Part shown: in pieces, positions 42,052 through 50,736 of the stretch
How positions within the stretch are numbered: position 1 is the stretch's first letter
Layout of the letters: the number at the start of each line of letters is the position of its first letter
Source: an uncultured Ectothiorhodospiraceae bacterium
GTDB taxonomy: Bacteria; Pseudomonadota; Gammaproteobacteria; S012-40
Length of the DNA stretch: 64,000 nucleotides
Direction of reading: 5' to 3'
Assembly (NCBI GenBank): GCA_945787125.1
Contig: CALZHW010000002.1
Coordinates: forward strand, 22,900-86,899
The notes under the pieces: generated by a model
The model's input: only the letters and a program-made list of their open reading frames with translations
The model's database searches: none
Told to the model about the DNA's origin: nothing
Translations under genes and position numbers: made by a program

Positions 42052-42758
42052 AATTTCCGCGCGTACACCATGTAGTTGACATCAATGTCCTGGGTTAATT
42101 TGTAGTGTTTGGTGAGTGGGTTATAACTTAGGCCAGTCATGTCCACCAGCTCCAGACCGGCATGCCTGATCCAGCGGGCCAGCTCCGATGGTTTGATAAA
42201 TTTCTGGTAATCATGGGTGCCCTTGGTTAACAGATTCAATAAATACTCTGCACCCAGGATGGCATGTACGTAGGATTTTGGATTGCGATTGAGTGTTGAA
42301 AAGAAGGCATGGCCACCCGGTTCCAGCAGGTCTGCACAGGCTTGAATGATGGCTTGTGGATCAGGTACATGTTCTAACATTTCCATGCAGGTGACAACAG
42401 CAAAAGCCTCAGGGTTTTGAGTGGCGAAAACTTCCGCTGATATTTGCTGGTAATCCACGTTTAATTCAGATTCAATTAAATGCAATTTGGCAATTTCGAT
42501 AGGGCCTTGTCCCATATCAATGCCACTGACCTTGGCGCCCTTACGCGCCATGGATTCTGAGAGTATGCCGCCGCCGCAACCCACATCGACGACGGATTTT
42601 CCGCTGATATGCGCGCGCTGATTGATGTAATCCAAACGCAGTGGGTTGATTTCGTGTAACGGGCGAAATTCACTTTCCGGATCCCACCAGCGGTAGGCGA
42701 CTTCTTCAAATTTTGCGATTTCTTTCGGGTCTAGATTGGCTGTTTCAGTATCAGGCAT
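42048..42758 (-). CDS. ubiG: Bifunctional 3-demethylubiquinol 3-O-methyltransferase / 2-polyprenyl-6-hydroxyphenol methylase
   Basis: 236 aa with the SAM-binding motif VVDVGCGGGILSE. Confidence 0.9.
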   Translation of the reverse strand: MPDTETANLDPKEIAKFEEVAYRWWDPESEFRPLHEINPLRLDYINQRAHISGKSVVDVGCGGGILSESMARKGAKVSGIDMGQGPIEIAKLHLIESELNVDYQQISAEVFATQNPEAFAVVTCMEMLEHVPDPQAIIQACADLLEPGGHAFFSTLNRNPKSYVHAILGAEYLLNLLTKGTHDYQKFIKPSELARWIRHAGLELVDMTGLSYNPLTKHYKLTQDIDVNYMVYARKL

Positions 42759-44079
42759 GTTGACTACTTTCTCTTAATTTTTGATTCCATACTTTGGCTT
42801 TGTGTAACAGATTTTGCTCGTTTAAAGTGGTTAGCTTGCGTTCGTTTAATACACATTTTCCGGCAATCCATACATGAGAAACCTGTTCGCGATTACAGGA
42901 GTATACTATGTGTGACACCGGATTGAACACTGGTTGTGTTTCTATTGATAATAAATTGAGCGCAATCACGTCAGCGGCTTTACCTATTTTAAGTGAGCCC
43001 ACCTTGTCATCGATGCCCAGCGCTTTTGCGCCATTGAGCGTGGCCATTTCTAATGCCAGGTGTGCAGGAACGGCCTGCGGATTACCGGAAACCACTTTTG
43101 CCAGCAGGGCGGCACTGCGCATTTCACTGATCATATCCAGGTCATTGTTGCTGGCTGCACCATCGGTGCCGATGCAAACATTTACGCCGGCTTCGTGGAG
43201 TTGCTGCACCGGGCAAAAGCCGCTGGCTAATTTCATGTTCGACTCCGGGCAATGCACAACACTGACATTATTTTCGGCGCACAAGGCAATTTCGTCGGCG
43301 GTCAATTGTGTCATGTGAACCGCCAGTAGTCGCGATGAAATAACGCCTAATTCATTGAGTCTTGCTATTTCTCGCGAGCCTTTTTCATGAATGGCTTGCT
43401 GAACTTCAAATGCGGTTTCATGTAAATGGATATGAATGGGTATATCCAGCTCTTCAGCATACGTTACAATTTTTTGTAGCGGTTCATCAGAAACGGTGTA
43501 AGGCGCGTGAGGCGCTAATGTGGTGTAAATGCGCTCATGGTGGCGCAATTGATCATGCAGCGTAAGGCCTTTTGATAAATATTCATCGGCATTTGCGGCC
43601 CATACGGTGGGGAAATCGATAACAATGAGTCCAATGCAAGCGCGAAATCCTGATTCATCAACCGCTTTCGCCGCTTCATCGGGAAAGAAATACATGTCAT
43701 TGAAACACGTCACGCCAGAACGGATGGATTCTGCAATGGCCAATTGTGTGCCGTCATACACAAACTCCGGCCCAACAAATTTTGCTTCCGCGGGCCAAAT
43801 ATAATGTTGCAACCAATCCATCAGCGCCAGATCATCGGCAAAACCACGCAGCAAGGTCATGCTGGCATGAGTATGTGCATTTATCAATCCTGGCATAATG
43901 GCGTGATGTTCCAGCTCCACGGTTTCATTAGCCTGGTATGATGCTCTTGCCTCTGCTTGAGGTAAAATATCGATAATAATTCCCTCGTTAATCACCAGGC
44001 TATGGTCTTCAATAATCTCATGTTCGCCTTCAATCGGGATCAGCCATTTGGCGTGTAAAACTTTATCTGTGACTTGCAT
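42751..44079 (-). CDS. mtaD: TRZ/ATZ-family amidohydrolase, likely 5-methylthioadenosine/S-adenosylhomocysteine deaminase
   Basis: 442 aa with the metal-binding HxH (LINAHTHASMT) and an amidohydrolase fold. mtnA elsewhere in the window supports a methionine-salvage context. Confidence 0.75.
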   Translation of the reverse strand: MQVTDKVLHAKWLIPIEGEHEIIEDHSLVINEGIIIDILPQAEARASYQANETVELEHHAIMPGLINAHTHASMTLLRGFADDLALMDWLQHYIWPAEAKFVGPEFVYDGTQLAIAESIRSGVTCFNDMYFFPDEAAKAVDESGFRACIGLIVIDFPTVWAANADEYLSKGLTLHDQLRHHERIYTTLAPHAPYTVSDEPLQKIVTYAEELDIPIHIHLHETAFEVQQAIHEKGSREIARLNELGVISSRLLAVHMTQLTADEIALCAENNVSVVHCPESNMKLASGFCPVQQLHEAGVNVCIGTDGAASNNDLDMISEMRSAALLAKVVSGNPQAVPAHLALEMATLNGAKALGIDDKVGSLKIGKAADVIALNLLSIETQPVFNPVSHIVYSCNREQVSHVWIAGKCVLNERKLTTLNEQNLLHKAKVWNQKLRESSQHA

Positions 44080-44479
44080 AGTGCTTTTGCTCTTGCGATG
44101 GTTTAGCTAATAGTATGAAGTTACTGAAAAAAAAAGAATTCAGCAAGTGAATTATGGCAATTGTAGCGCTTTCCCTGTGGGGAATAATCAGGAGTTTTGC
44201 ATGGTAAAGTGATGAATATAGGTTCAAAGCTTAGCTTATGAGTGCACCTGATTAGACAATAAAGTGAGTTGCTGTACAGTGTTTTTTCGGAACTTGGTTT
44301 TCTTCATTAATCTGCTATGCTAATTATATCTTGACCGCTTTGTTTGGGTATTATTCTCGTTTTTTTGATTCACAACGCTATTTGTGATCAATAGAAATTA
44401 ATCCAATGTGTTATTGCGTAAAGATGATTTGCGTTGTATTTCATTGAAATAATTAATAATCAATACGGGGTGTTAAAAC

Positions 44480-45049
44480 ATGAAGAATATAACTATCTTA
44501 ATTACTGTGGTTTTGCTCAGTTTTTTATATGCAGTCTCAGCAAATGCTGGTTCAAATAATGTATTCAATACGAAATTAAGTGGCGCTCAACAAGTGGTTG
44601 CCACCGATGTCAATGGTGTTTCAATACCGATCAAAGGGCTTGTGACCGGTGCCTTTGGTAAAGCGGCATTTCGCATATCACCCGACCGAAGTATGATTGC
44701 TTACAAGCTTAAGGTGGCCAATACGGCGACACCCATATTTATGGCGCATTTACATCTTGGGCCAAAAGGACAAAATGGTCCAGTTGTATTGTGGTTATAT
44801 GGCAACCGGGGGGTTAATGCTAATTTCCCACGTGACGATGGTGAATTCACGGGAAAAATTGAAGGAACATTGATGGCTGATGCATTTGTCCCGCCCACTG
44901 ATTCGGAAGGCCGAGTATTGATATCGACATTTGAAGACTTGGTTGCAAATATTGCCAATGGAAATACCTATATCAATGTCCATACAGTCGCTCATCCTGG
45001 CGGTGAGGTGCGAGGTCAAATGGGGCAACGCCATCATGGCCGCCATTGA
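44480..45049 (+). CDS. Secreted CHRD-domain protein
   Basis: Signal peptide MKNITILITVVLLSFLYAVSANA. CHRD-like motifs are AHLHLGPKGQNGPVV and VHTVAHPGGEVRGQ. Confidence 0.7.
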   Translation: MKNITILITVVLLSFLYAVSANAGSNNVFNTKLSGAQQVVATDVNGVSIPIKGLVTGAFGKAAFRISPDRSMIAYKLKVANTATPIFMAHLHLGPKGQNGPVVLWLYGNRGVNANFPRDDGEFTGKIEGTLMADAFVPPTDSEGRVLISTFEDLVANIANGNTYINVHTVAHPGGEVRGQMGQRHHGRH

Positions 45050-45246
45050 TTACTTTTTGAATAAACGTATATCCGTGTAAGGCTTATCCCTCCTCTTCAA
45101 TTAAAAAGGAGGGGAGGGTTTGCGATATTATCTCGGGAATTGTAGTGGTCAAGTAAATCTACACATCTTGCATCCTAGTTTAGACTCCTCTTCGACTAAA
45201 TGGTATTTGCACTTAGGGGTGTCCTGCTTTAGTACGTTGTTCTCGA

Positions 45247-45418
45247 CAATTGCTCCTCGATAACTGCTCCTGCGTTATTCTACCTACGGGCGTCCTGCCC
45301 TAGTGCGTTATTCTACCTAAGGGTGTAATGGTCAAGTGCATTGTTCTACCTTTATCCATCCATGGCTTCGTACCTTCGCCTATCCATGGGCTGGAATTTC
45401 CTGCATTCATGCAGTCCT
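45247..45418. repeat. R2 composite intergenic repeat copy (minisatellite-like, tandem units of about 33 bp)
   Basis: It reads caattgctcctcgataactgctcctgcgttattctacctacgggcgtcctgccctagtgcgttattctacct...atccatccatgg...atccatgggct...ctgcattcatgcag. Degenerate upstream units extend the array to about 45130. Confidence 0.75.
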
Positions 45419-45533
45419 CACTCAGTAAGTCCAAATAGAAACTAAATCTGTGTGCAACTTATGTGTCAAAAATTCTAAACTCTTGTTATAGGTAAATCTG
45501 ACTGCCTATAGGTTTTAATCTTTGTTACGGACT

Positions 45534-45564
45534 AAAAAAAGGCCCTCCAAATGGAGGGCCTTTG
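45534..45564. terminator. Bidirectional intrinsic terminator (A-run, GC hairpin, T-run)
   Basis: The sequence is aaaaaaaggccctccaaatggagggcctttg. It is positioned 3' of the minus-strand Cna-B-like gene. Confidence 0.7.
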
Positions 45565-45677
45565 CTAAGATTAGGCTTCAAACTAAATCATCAAAATGGC
45601 AACTTCTTCCACATCGTCGTCCTTTGATGTACCATTTCAATAAATATAGTAAGTATAATAAGCCTTATTTTCCATCC

Positions 45678-46876
45678 TTATGTATGGTTATCAGACTTGC
45701 CATCTTTGTCATAGTCATGATCATGACTATGATCACCGGATCTATTATCCTTGTCGCACTTGTCAGAGCTACTATGGCTGCCGTGACGCCCGTCCTTGTT
45801 ACAACTGCCGCCAGAAGAAGGTGGCATCATATCAATGGGACACATAAACCCACCGTTACGGCTATAACCTTCAATGACTTCAAAATCACCGGCAACCAAC
45901 CCAGGACCAACAGCTACGGAACAGCTGGTATGAATCCTTGCATTGACACTGCCGTTTACACTAATGCTGATTTCAGTGCCTAAGGTTGCCTTTTTGTCCG
46001 TTCCAGAGAAAGTGAAGTGCTCGCCGGGTTGAACCATTGCATCAAATACCACGCCGTCTTTTTTCTGTTCAACGACCACATGCGCCGCCTGGCTGCCATT
46101 ATATTTCAGCGTCAGTTTGGTGACTTTGCCATCACAGTCCTTGCAGGTATCACCAGGGATCATTTTTTCAAAGTAACCAAAGTCAATCGTTACATCACTA
46201 CTAAAATCATTGGGTAGCGTGACGTCAAATGGGCTATTGTTACTATCGACTGAGCCATCCAATCCAACCATACTCGCTGTTGGAATAACGCCGGCCAGTA
46301 GTGAATTAGGATCCACTTCAATACTATACTCACCTGCACAAAGACCGACGAACTCATAAAATCCGCTTGAATTTGTCATCGCTGTAGCAACTTCGACATT
46401 TTGGCTATCCCTTAGAATAACCTTAACATTAGAGATGCCCATTTCAATCAAGTCCTGGATCCCGTTCTCGTTTTCATCCAACCAAACATAATTACCGATA
46501 TGGCCGGCACAAGGCGAGTTGTAACCAAAATCAATGCTTAGATTTTCAGAGCTATCTGTTACCAGAGCAACAGCAGTGCTGTTTTCATTACTGTCAACCG
46601 CTGGGTCAGATCCTTGAAGCACGGGGCTAGCAACATAATCCGCAGGCAGTGTTGATACATCCACTTCTACGATGTAGTCATTGGCACATAAACCCATGAA
46701 CTCATAAAAGCCATTGGCATCGGTGGTTGTGCTGGCGATTACTGAATTTTGACTGTCTTTCAGATTGACCGTCCTGGTTGGCCGGTGGTAAAAGAGTCGA
46801 GAGTTGCGCTAATTGCTGCCGGGCTGAGTCCGAGCAGAAGTGCTATTAATATTAACTGCGGATATATTCGATGCAT
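45678..46876 (-). pseudogene. Secreted SdrD-B/Cna-B-type repeat protein with His/Asp-rich tail, interrupted by a 1-nt frameshift
   Basis: A signal peptide (MHRIYPQLILIALLLGLSPAAISA) is encoded from ATG 46876 and stops at 46761. The downstream frame continues ...RTVNLKDSQNSVIASTTTDANGFYEFMGLCANDYIVEVD, and is open only below the TAG at 46809..46811. Three Cna-B-like units share GFYEF.GLCA.(D/E)Y..EVD. The frames must be joined between 46764 and 46808. Confidence 0.6.
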
Positions 46877-47111
46877 TATTCGACTGAAAAAACATTTTGC
46901 TCATGATTTTTCGCCCCAAAATATATCTAATTGTTAATTGGCAACAAGATGTCAGTTATGCCTGATCTACCCCGTCACTGGGTTGATCAGGCATAACTGA
47001 CCATGCAATTGCGGTTTCATAGTGAACTGCATTGATCATGGAAGTTGCGGAGTATTTCGGTCAAATTCAGTCCTCCCTCTATATAAGGAGGACTGAGTTA
47101 GAAGGTATATC

Positions 47112-47776
47112 TTAGCTATTGTTGGTTTTACGACGACGTAAACCCAGCATGCCAAGTAAACCGACGCCAAACAGCATTAATGCACCGGGTTCTGGTACCG
47201 TAACGGTTGGTGGCGTATTACCAGTAGTTGCGAGAAGATCCAGCGTCAAATCAGATGCTGGACCACCGTCAATGGTCAATGACAGCAAGTCAATAGAGCT
47301 GAAATTTACACTAGCAAAATTAGAGAAAGCTACAGTTTGCGTGCCGACGGCTGCACTGGAAAAAATAAAGCTGTCAGAACCGCCGAAGGTATCTTCCACA
47401 AATAAAATTAGATCGACATTACCTTGATCGATGCCGAGAATTTCAAAACTAAAAGTGTTGTCTATTAAACCTTCGACGAAATCAATACCACCAAGACCGC
47501 CGCCCCAAGTGATTGTGCTGATTGCTGGTGTCTGTGGGCCCGAACTGTGGCCGAAGAAACCTGCTATAACACAGCTGAGGCGCTAAGCGGGCCAGGAGAT
47601 GTCATGCCAATTGTACGAGATCCTCCTAATGCGCCTGCGTAGGCAACGGTGTCATCGGCAGCTGGAACAGTCACACTCTGATCGCCACCATTAAAATCAT
47701 CGATTACAAGGGCATTGGCATTACCTGCAATCCCTATTGCTGCAAGCATTGAAATACCTAATATGTGTTTTTTCAC
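47112..47776 (-). pseudogene. PEP-CTERM sorting-domain protein interrupted by a frameshift
   Basis: The N-terminal frame starts at GTG 47776 with an AGGAG RBS (MKKHILGISMLAAIGIAGNANA...) and stops at 47564. The C-terminal frame (...GGIDFVEGLIDNTFSFEILG...) ends in a canonical PEP-CTERM signal, VPEPGALMLFGVGLLGMLGLRRRK. The two frames overlap only within 47569..47586. Confidence 0.6.
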
Positions 47777-48181
47777 TTGAAATACTCCTGTAAAATATAT
47801 GTTTTTATTCAAAATTTGTGAGTATTTAGTGTCTGCCCAAATTTATTCCATTTATTAATATAGATTTAAGAAACATGATTGGCGTTCAGAGCTATCTACT
47901 CGCGACCAGTTAGACAAAATTTGCGCCATAATTTTATTTTCTTTTTTTATCAGTAAGTCAAGGAATATTTTAATTTTAGAGTAATTATTTGGTGGGCAAT
48001 TTGTAAAAAAATCCGACAATGTAGAGGGTGTCGACCGGGTCACATGAGTTTACGTTTTAGGTGCTAGTCAGTATGTCAAGAGCCAATTTATTCGCTATTC
48101 GAAGATAGTATAGTGAAAATCCACGTTTTTAGAGTGTGGATTTTTACTTCAATTGCGAGCCCATAATTTGAACTGTCGCAC

Positions 48182-48367
48182 TTATGGGCTAGCATCTGGC
48201 AGTAAATAAAATAATAAGAAGGCTATAGTCCAGAGAGAAGCTAGAGTAAAGATCAATCCTATTGCTATCTCCATCTCTTTGTTAATATCAACTAAGTGAA
48301 TAATGCGTGTGATACGCCGGCCTACTAATTGCGAAAACTCAATAACCAATGTAATAAGCATGTCCAT
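48182..48367 (-). CDS. Small hydrophobic protein (61 aa), uncertain
   Basis: Two predicted TM segments. It lies in tandem with the 97-aa membrane ORF upstream. Confidence 0.25.
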   Translation of the reverse strand: MDMLITLVIEFSQLVGRRITRIIHLVDINKEMEIAIGLIFTLASLWTIAFLLFYLLPDASP

Positions 48368-48391
48368 ATTTAATCACATGATAGTTATATT

Positions 48392-48685
48392 CTATGGGAG
48401 TATAAGTAAGAGGATGCAGGTTATAAACACAACTTGGATCAATATTACTTTACCGTAAAATAACGGTTTAACACTACCTTTCGTTGAAAACTCTATGGCG
48501 TATAGATATTTAAATGCGAAGTAAAACATTGCTGCGCCAACTATCGGCGGAATAAAAAATAACGTCCAGTGATAGCTTGATAAAATTAGGCCGATAAAAA
48601 TGCAACCCAGCTCAGTGGGCAATCCAATAAGAAATACTTTACCGTTGGATAAATTTGGTTTTTCAAGCACTAAGCTCATTCTCAT
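48392..48685 (-). CDS. Small membrane protein (97 aa, three TM segments), uncertain
   Basis: Strongly hydrophobic segments (VFLIGLPTELGCIFIGLIL, FFIPPIVGAAMFYFAF, ILIQVVFITCILLLIL). I recognise no family. Confidence 0.3.
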   Translation of the reverse strand: MRMSLVLEKPNLSNGKVFLIGLPTELGCIFIGLILSSYHWTLFFIPPIVGAAMFYFAFKYLYAIEFSTKGSVKPLFYGKVILIQVVFITCILLLILP

Positions 48686-48703
48686 TCCTCTAGTAAATAT
48701 TAC

Positions 48704-48757
48704 TTAAGTTTCGGGGTGCAAACTTTTTCTCGTAATCAGCGATCGTCGTGGCAAAGC
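48704..48757. repeat. PAL-1 partial copy (left arm fragment)
   Basis: The sequence is cttaagtttcggggtgcaaactttttctcgtaatcagcgatcgtcgtggcaaagcc. Confidence 0.6.
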
Positions 48758-48760
48758 CAT

Positions 48761-48790
48761 TAAAAAGGCGCTAATTAAAGCGCCTCTTTA
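48761..48790 (-). terminator. Rho-independent terminator of slyD
   Basis: On the minus strand it reads aaagaggcgctttaattagcgcctttttaa, with stem ggcgct/agcgcc followed by a T-run. Confidence 0.7.
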
Positions 48791-48810
48791 ATAAATGGAC
48801 AGCAATATAG

Positions 48811-49296
48811 TTAATGGTGATGTCCGCCAGCACCATGTGCATGGCCGTGTTCGATTTCTTCCGCAGTTGCATCACGCACTTCAAGCACGGTTACATCAAA
48901 ATTTAAATGTACGCCTGCTAAAGGGTGGTTGCTGTCGACGGTGACGTTATCACCTTCTACCTGTGCTACGGTGATAACTTGCATATTGCCTTGTTCGTCA
49001 GCGGCTTGAAATTGCATACCTGTCTCGATAGCCTCGGCGCCTTGGAACATTTCCTTGGGCACAACTTCCAAGAGTGCGTCATTGCGTTCACCATAGCCAT
49101 CTTGTGGTTCGATACGTATTTCAATAGCGTCACCGATTTTTTTACCCGTCAGCTCATTTTCTAAGCCAGGAACAATGTTACCCATGCCATGTAGGTACGC
49201 TAAGGGTTCGTTGCCTTCGGAGCTGTCTATGATGTTGCCTTTGTCATCTTTGAGTGTGTAATCAATGGAGACGACTTTGTGTTTTTCGATTTGCAT
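48811..49296 (-). CDS. slyD: FKBP-type peptidyl-prolyl cis-trans isomerase SlyD
   Basis: It begins MQIEKHKVVSIDYTLKD... with an FKBP domain and an insert-in-flap. The C-terminal metal-binding tail is HGHAHGAGGHHH. The start is ATG 49296. The longer ORF from 49380 was rejected. Confidence 0.85.
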   Translation of the reverse strand: MQIEKHKVVSIDYTLKDDKGNIIDSSEGNEPLAYLHGMGNIVPGLENELTGKKIGDAIEIRIEPQDGYGERNDALLEVVPKEMFQGAEAIETGMQFQAADEQGNMQVITVAQVEGDNVTVDSNHPLAGVHLNFDVTVLEVRDATAEEIEHGHAHGAGGHHH

Positions 49297-49481
49297 TTGG
49301 GTGTCCTTTGGGTGTCCGTGGTTTCGTTTTGAATAGTTTCGTTTTGAATATTTAGAGAGATTAATCTTTAATCTACTCACTATTTTATCAGAATGTTAAA
49401 GCGATATACAAACCATGGGGATTCCGTATGCTTGTCGCTCTGCGATATAATAGATTTTTTGCGTTGACAAGAGAGTGATTA

Positions 49482-50525
49482 ATGACCAAATCAAAATTTG
49501 ATCGCATACGACCCGTGAAATGGGAAAGCAATCAGTTAATGTTGCTGGATCAGCGCATTTTGCCGAGTGAGTATGCTTACATAGCCTATAAAGATGCAAA
49601 AAGTGTTGCTGATGCTATTACTGACATGGTGGTGCGGGGCGCCCCGGCGATAGGCATCACTGCAGCATTTGGCGTGGTGTTGGCGGCACGAATGCATTAT
49701 GCCCATGATGCAGATAATTGGAAAAAATCAATTGTTGATGACCTGGCTTATTTGCGTGCTTCACGCCCTACGGCAGTCAATCTTTTTTGGGCGCTGGATC
49801 ATATGCAGCATATTATTAATCAATGTGAATCAAATCCTGAGCCGCTCTTGTTGCAAGCTGCATTAAACATTCTTGAAAATGATATCAGTAACAATAAAAT
49901 CATGGGTGATGCCGGTGCGAGCGTTCTGCAGGGCAATAATGCGGTATTAACGCATTGCAATGCGGGTGCATTGGCGACGGGGGGTTATGGTACCGCCTTG
50001 GGCGTGATTCGCAGTGGATATCAACAAGGTAAAATCCAACAGGTTTATGCGGATGAGACTCGGCCGTGGCTGCAGGGTGCGCGTCTAACCGCCTGGGAGC
50101 TTATGCACGATGATATTCCGGTGACTTTGCAGTCTGACAGCGTTGCTGGCTATTTGATGCAGCAAGGCAAAATACAGTGGGTCATTGTCGGTTCGGATAG
50201 AATTGCAGCAAATGGTGACGTGGCGAATAAAATTGGTACATACTCGCTGGCGGTGTTAGCGAAATTTCATAAGGTCAAGTTCATGGTTGTTGCGCCCACA
50301 TCAACTATCGATATGGCAATCAGCTCCGGTGATGAAATTCCTATTGAACAGCGTAATCCATCCGAAGTGCTGAGTCTTGCAGGGCAGCGTATCGCGGCGG
50401 AAAATACCTCGGCCTGGAATCCTGCGTTTGATGTCACCCCGGCGGCATTGGTAGACGTGATTGTCACAGAAAAGGGCGTGATTCATCAGCCAGATAAAGA
50501 AAAAATGCGTGTATTAATGAGTTGA
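49482..50525 (+). CDS. mtnA: S-methyl-5-thioribose-1-phosphate isomerase
   Basis: 347 aa, eIF-2B alpha/beta/delta-like fold (GAPAIGITAAFG, HCNAGALAT). Confidence 0.85.
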   Translation: MTKSKFDRIRPVKWESNQLMLLDQRILPSEYAYIAYKDAKSVADAITDMVVRGAPAIGITAAFGVVLAARMHYAHDADNWKKSIVDDLAYLRASRPTAVNLFWALDHMQHIINQCESNPEPLLLQAALNILENDISNNKIMGDAGASVLQGNNAVLTHCNAGALATGGYGTALGVIRSGYQQGKIQQVYADETRPWLQGARLTAWELMHDDIPVTLQSDSVAGYLMQQGKIQWVIVGSDRIAANGDVANKIGTYSLAVLAKFHKVKFMVVAPTSTIDMAISSGDEIPIEQRNPSEVLSLAGQRIAAENTSAWNPAFDVTPAALVDVIVTEKGVIHQPDKEKMRVLMS

Positions 50526-50736
50526 ATTAAAAACCCAGCAGTCATGTTATTGGCTCGCTATCGGCTTTCCTTGTGTTGCAATAATAACCGTCGGTGCTGG
50601 CTGGCGCATCAGTTAAGCATCTTAACCATTGGAATGCCATTTACAACGAGTTTTAGCCTGCAGCTTAGTGCAGTCACGTATATATAATGGTATACTTCCG
50701 CGCTTATTTATCATCGCTAGTGGTTTTTGGAACTAA

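Noticed and set aside
45522-45983. 153-aa plus-strand ORF
   Set aside because: It overlaps the terminator hairpin and the 3' end of the minus-strand Cna-B-like gene. It has no RBS and a low-complexity translation.
47777-47812. ATG at 47812 as the start of the PEP-CTERM gene (MNKNIYFTGVFQVKKHI...)
   Set aside because: The GTG at 47776 is preceded by a good AGGAG RBS and gives a canonical signal peptide (MKKHILGISMLAAIGIAGNANA). The longer form places 12 non-signal residues in front.
47790-47900. Possible sigma-54 -24/-12 promoter (tggaataaatttgggca) upstream of the PEP-CTERM gene
   Set aside because: The GG-to-GC spacing is off by one from the TGGCAC-N5-TTGC consensus, and the other consensus bases are missing. 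Not supportable by eye.
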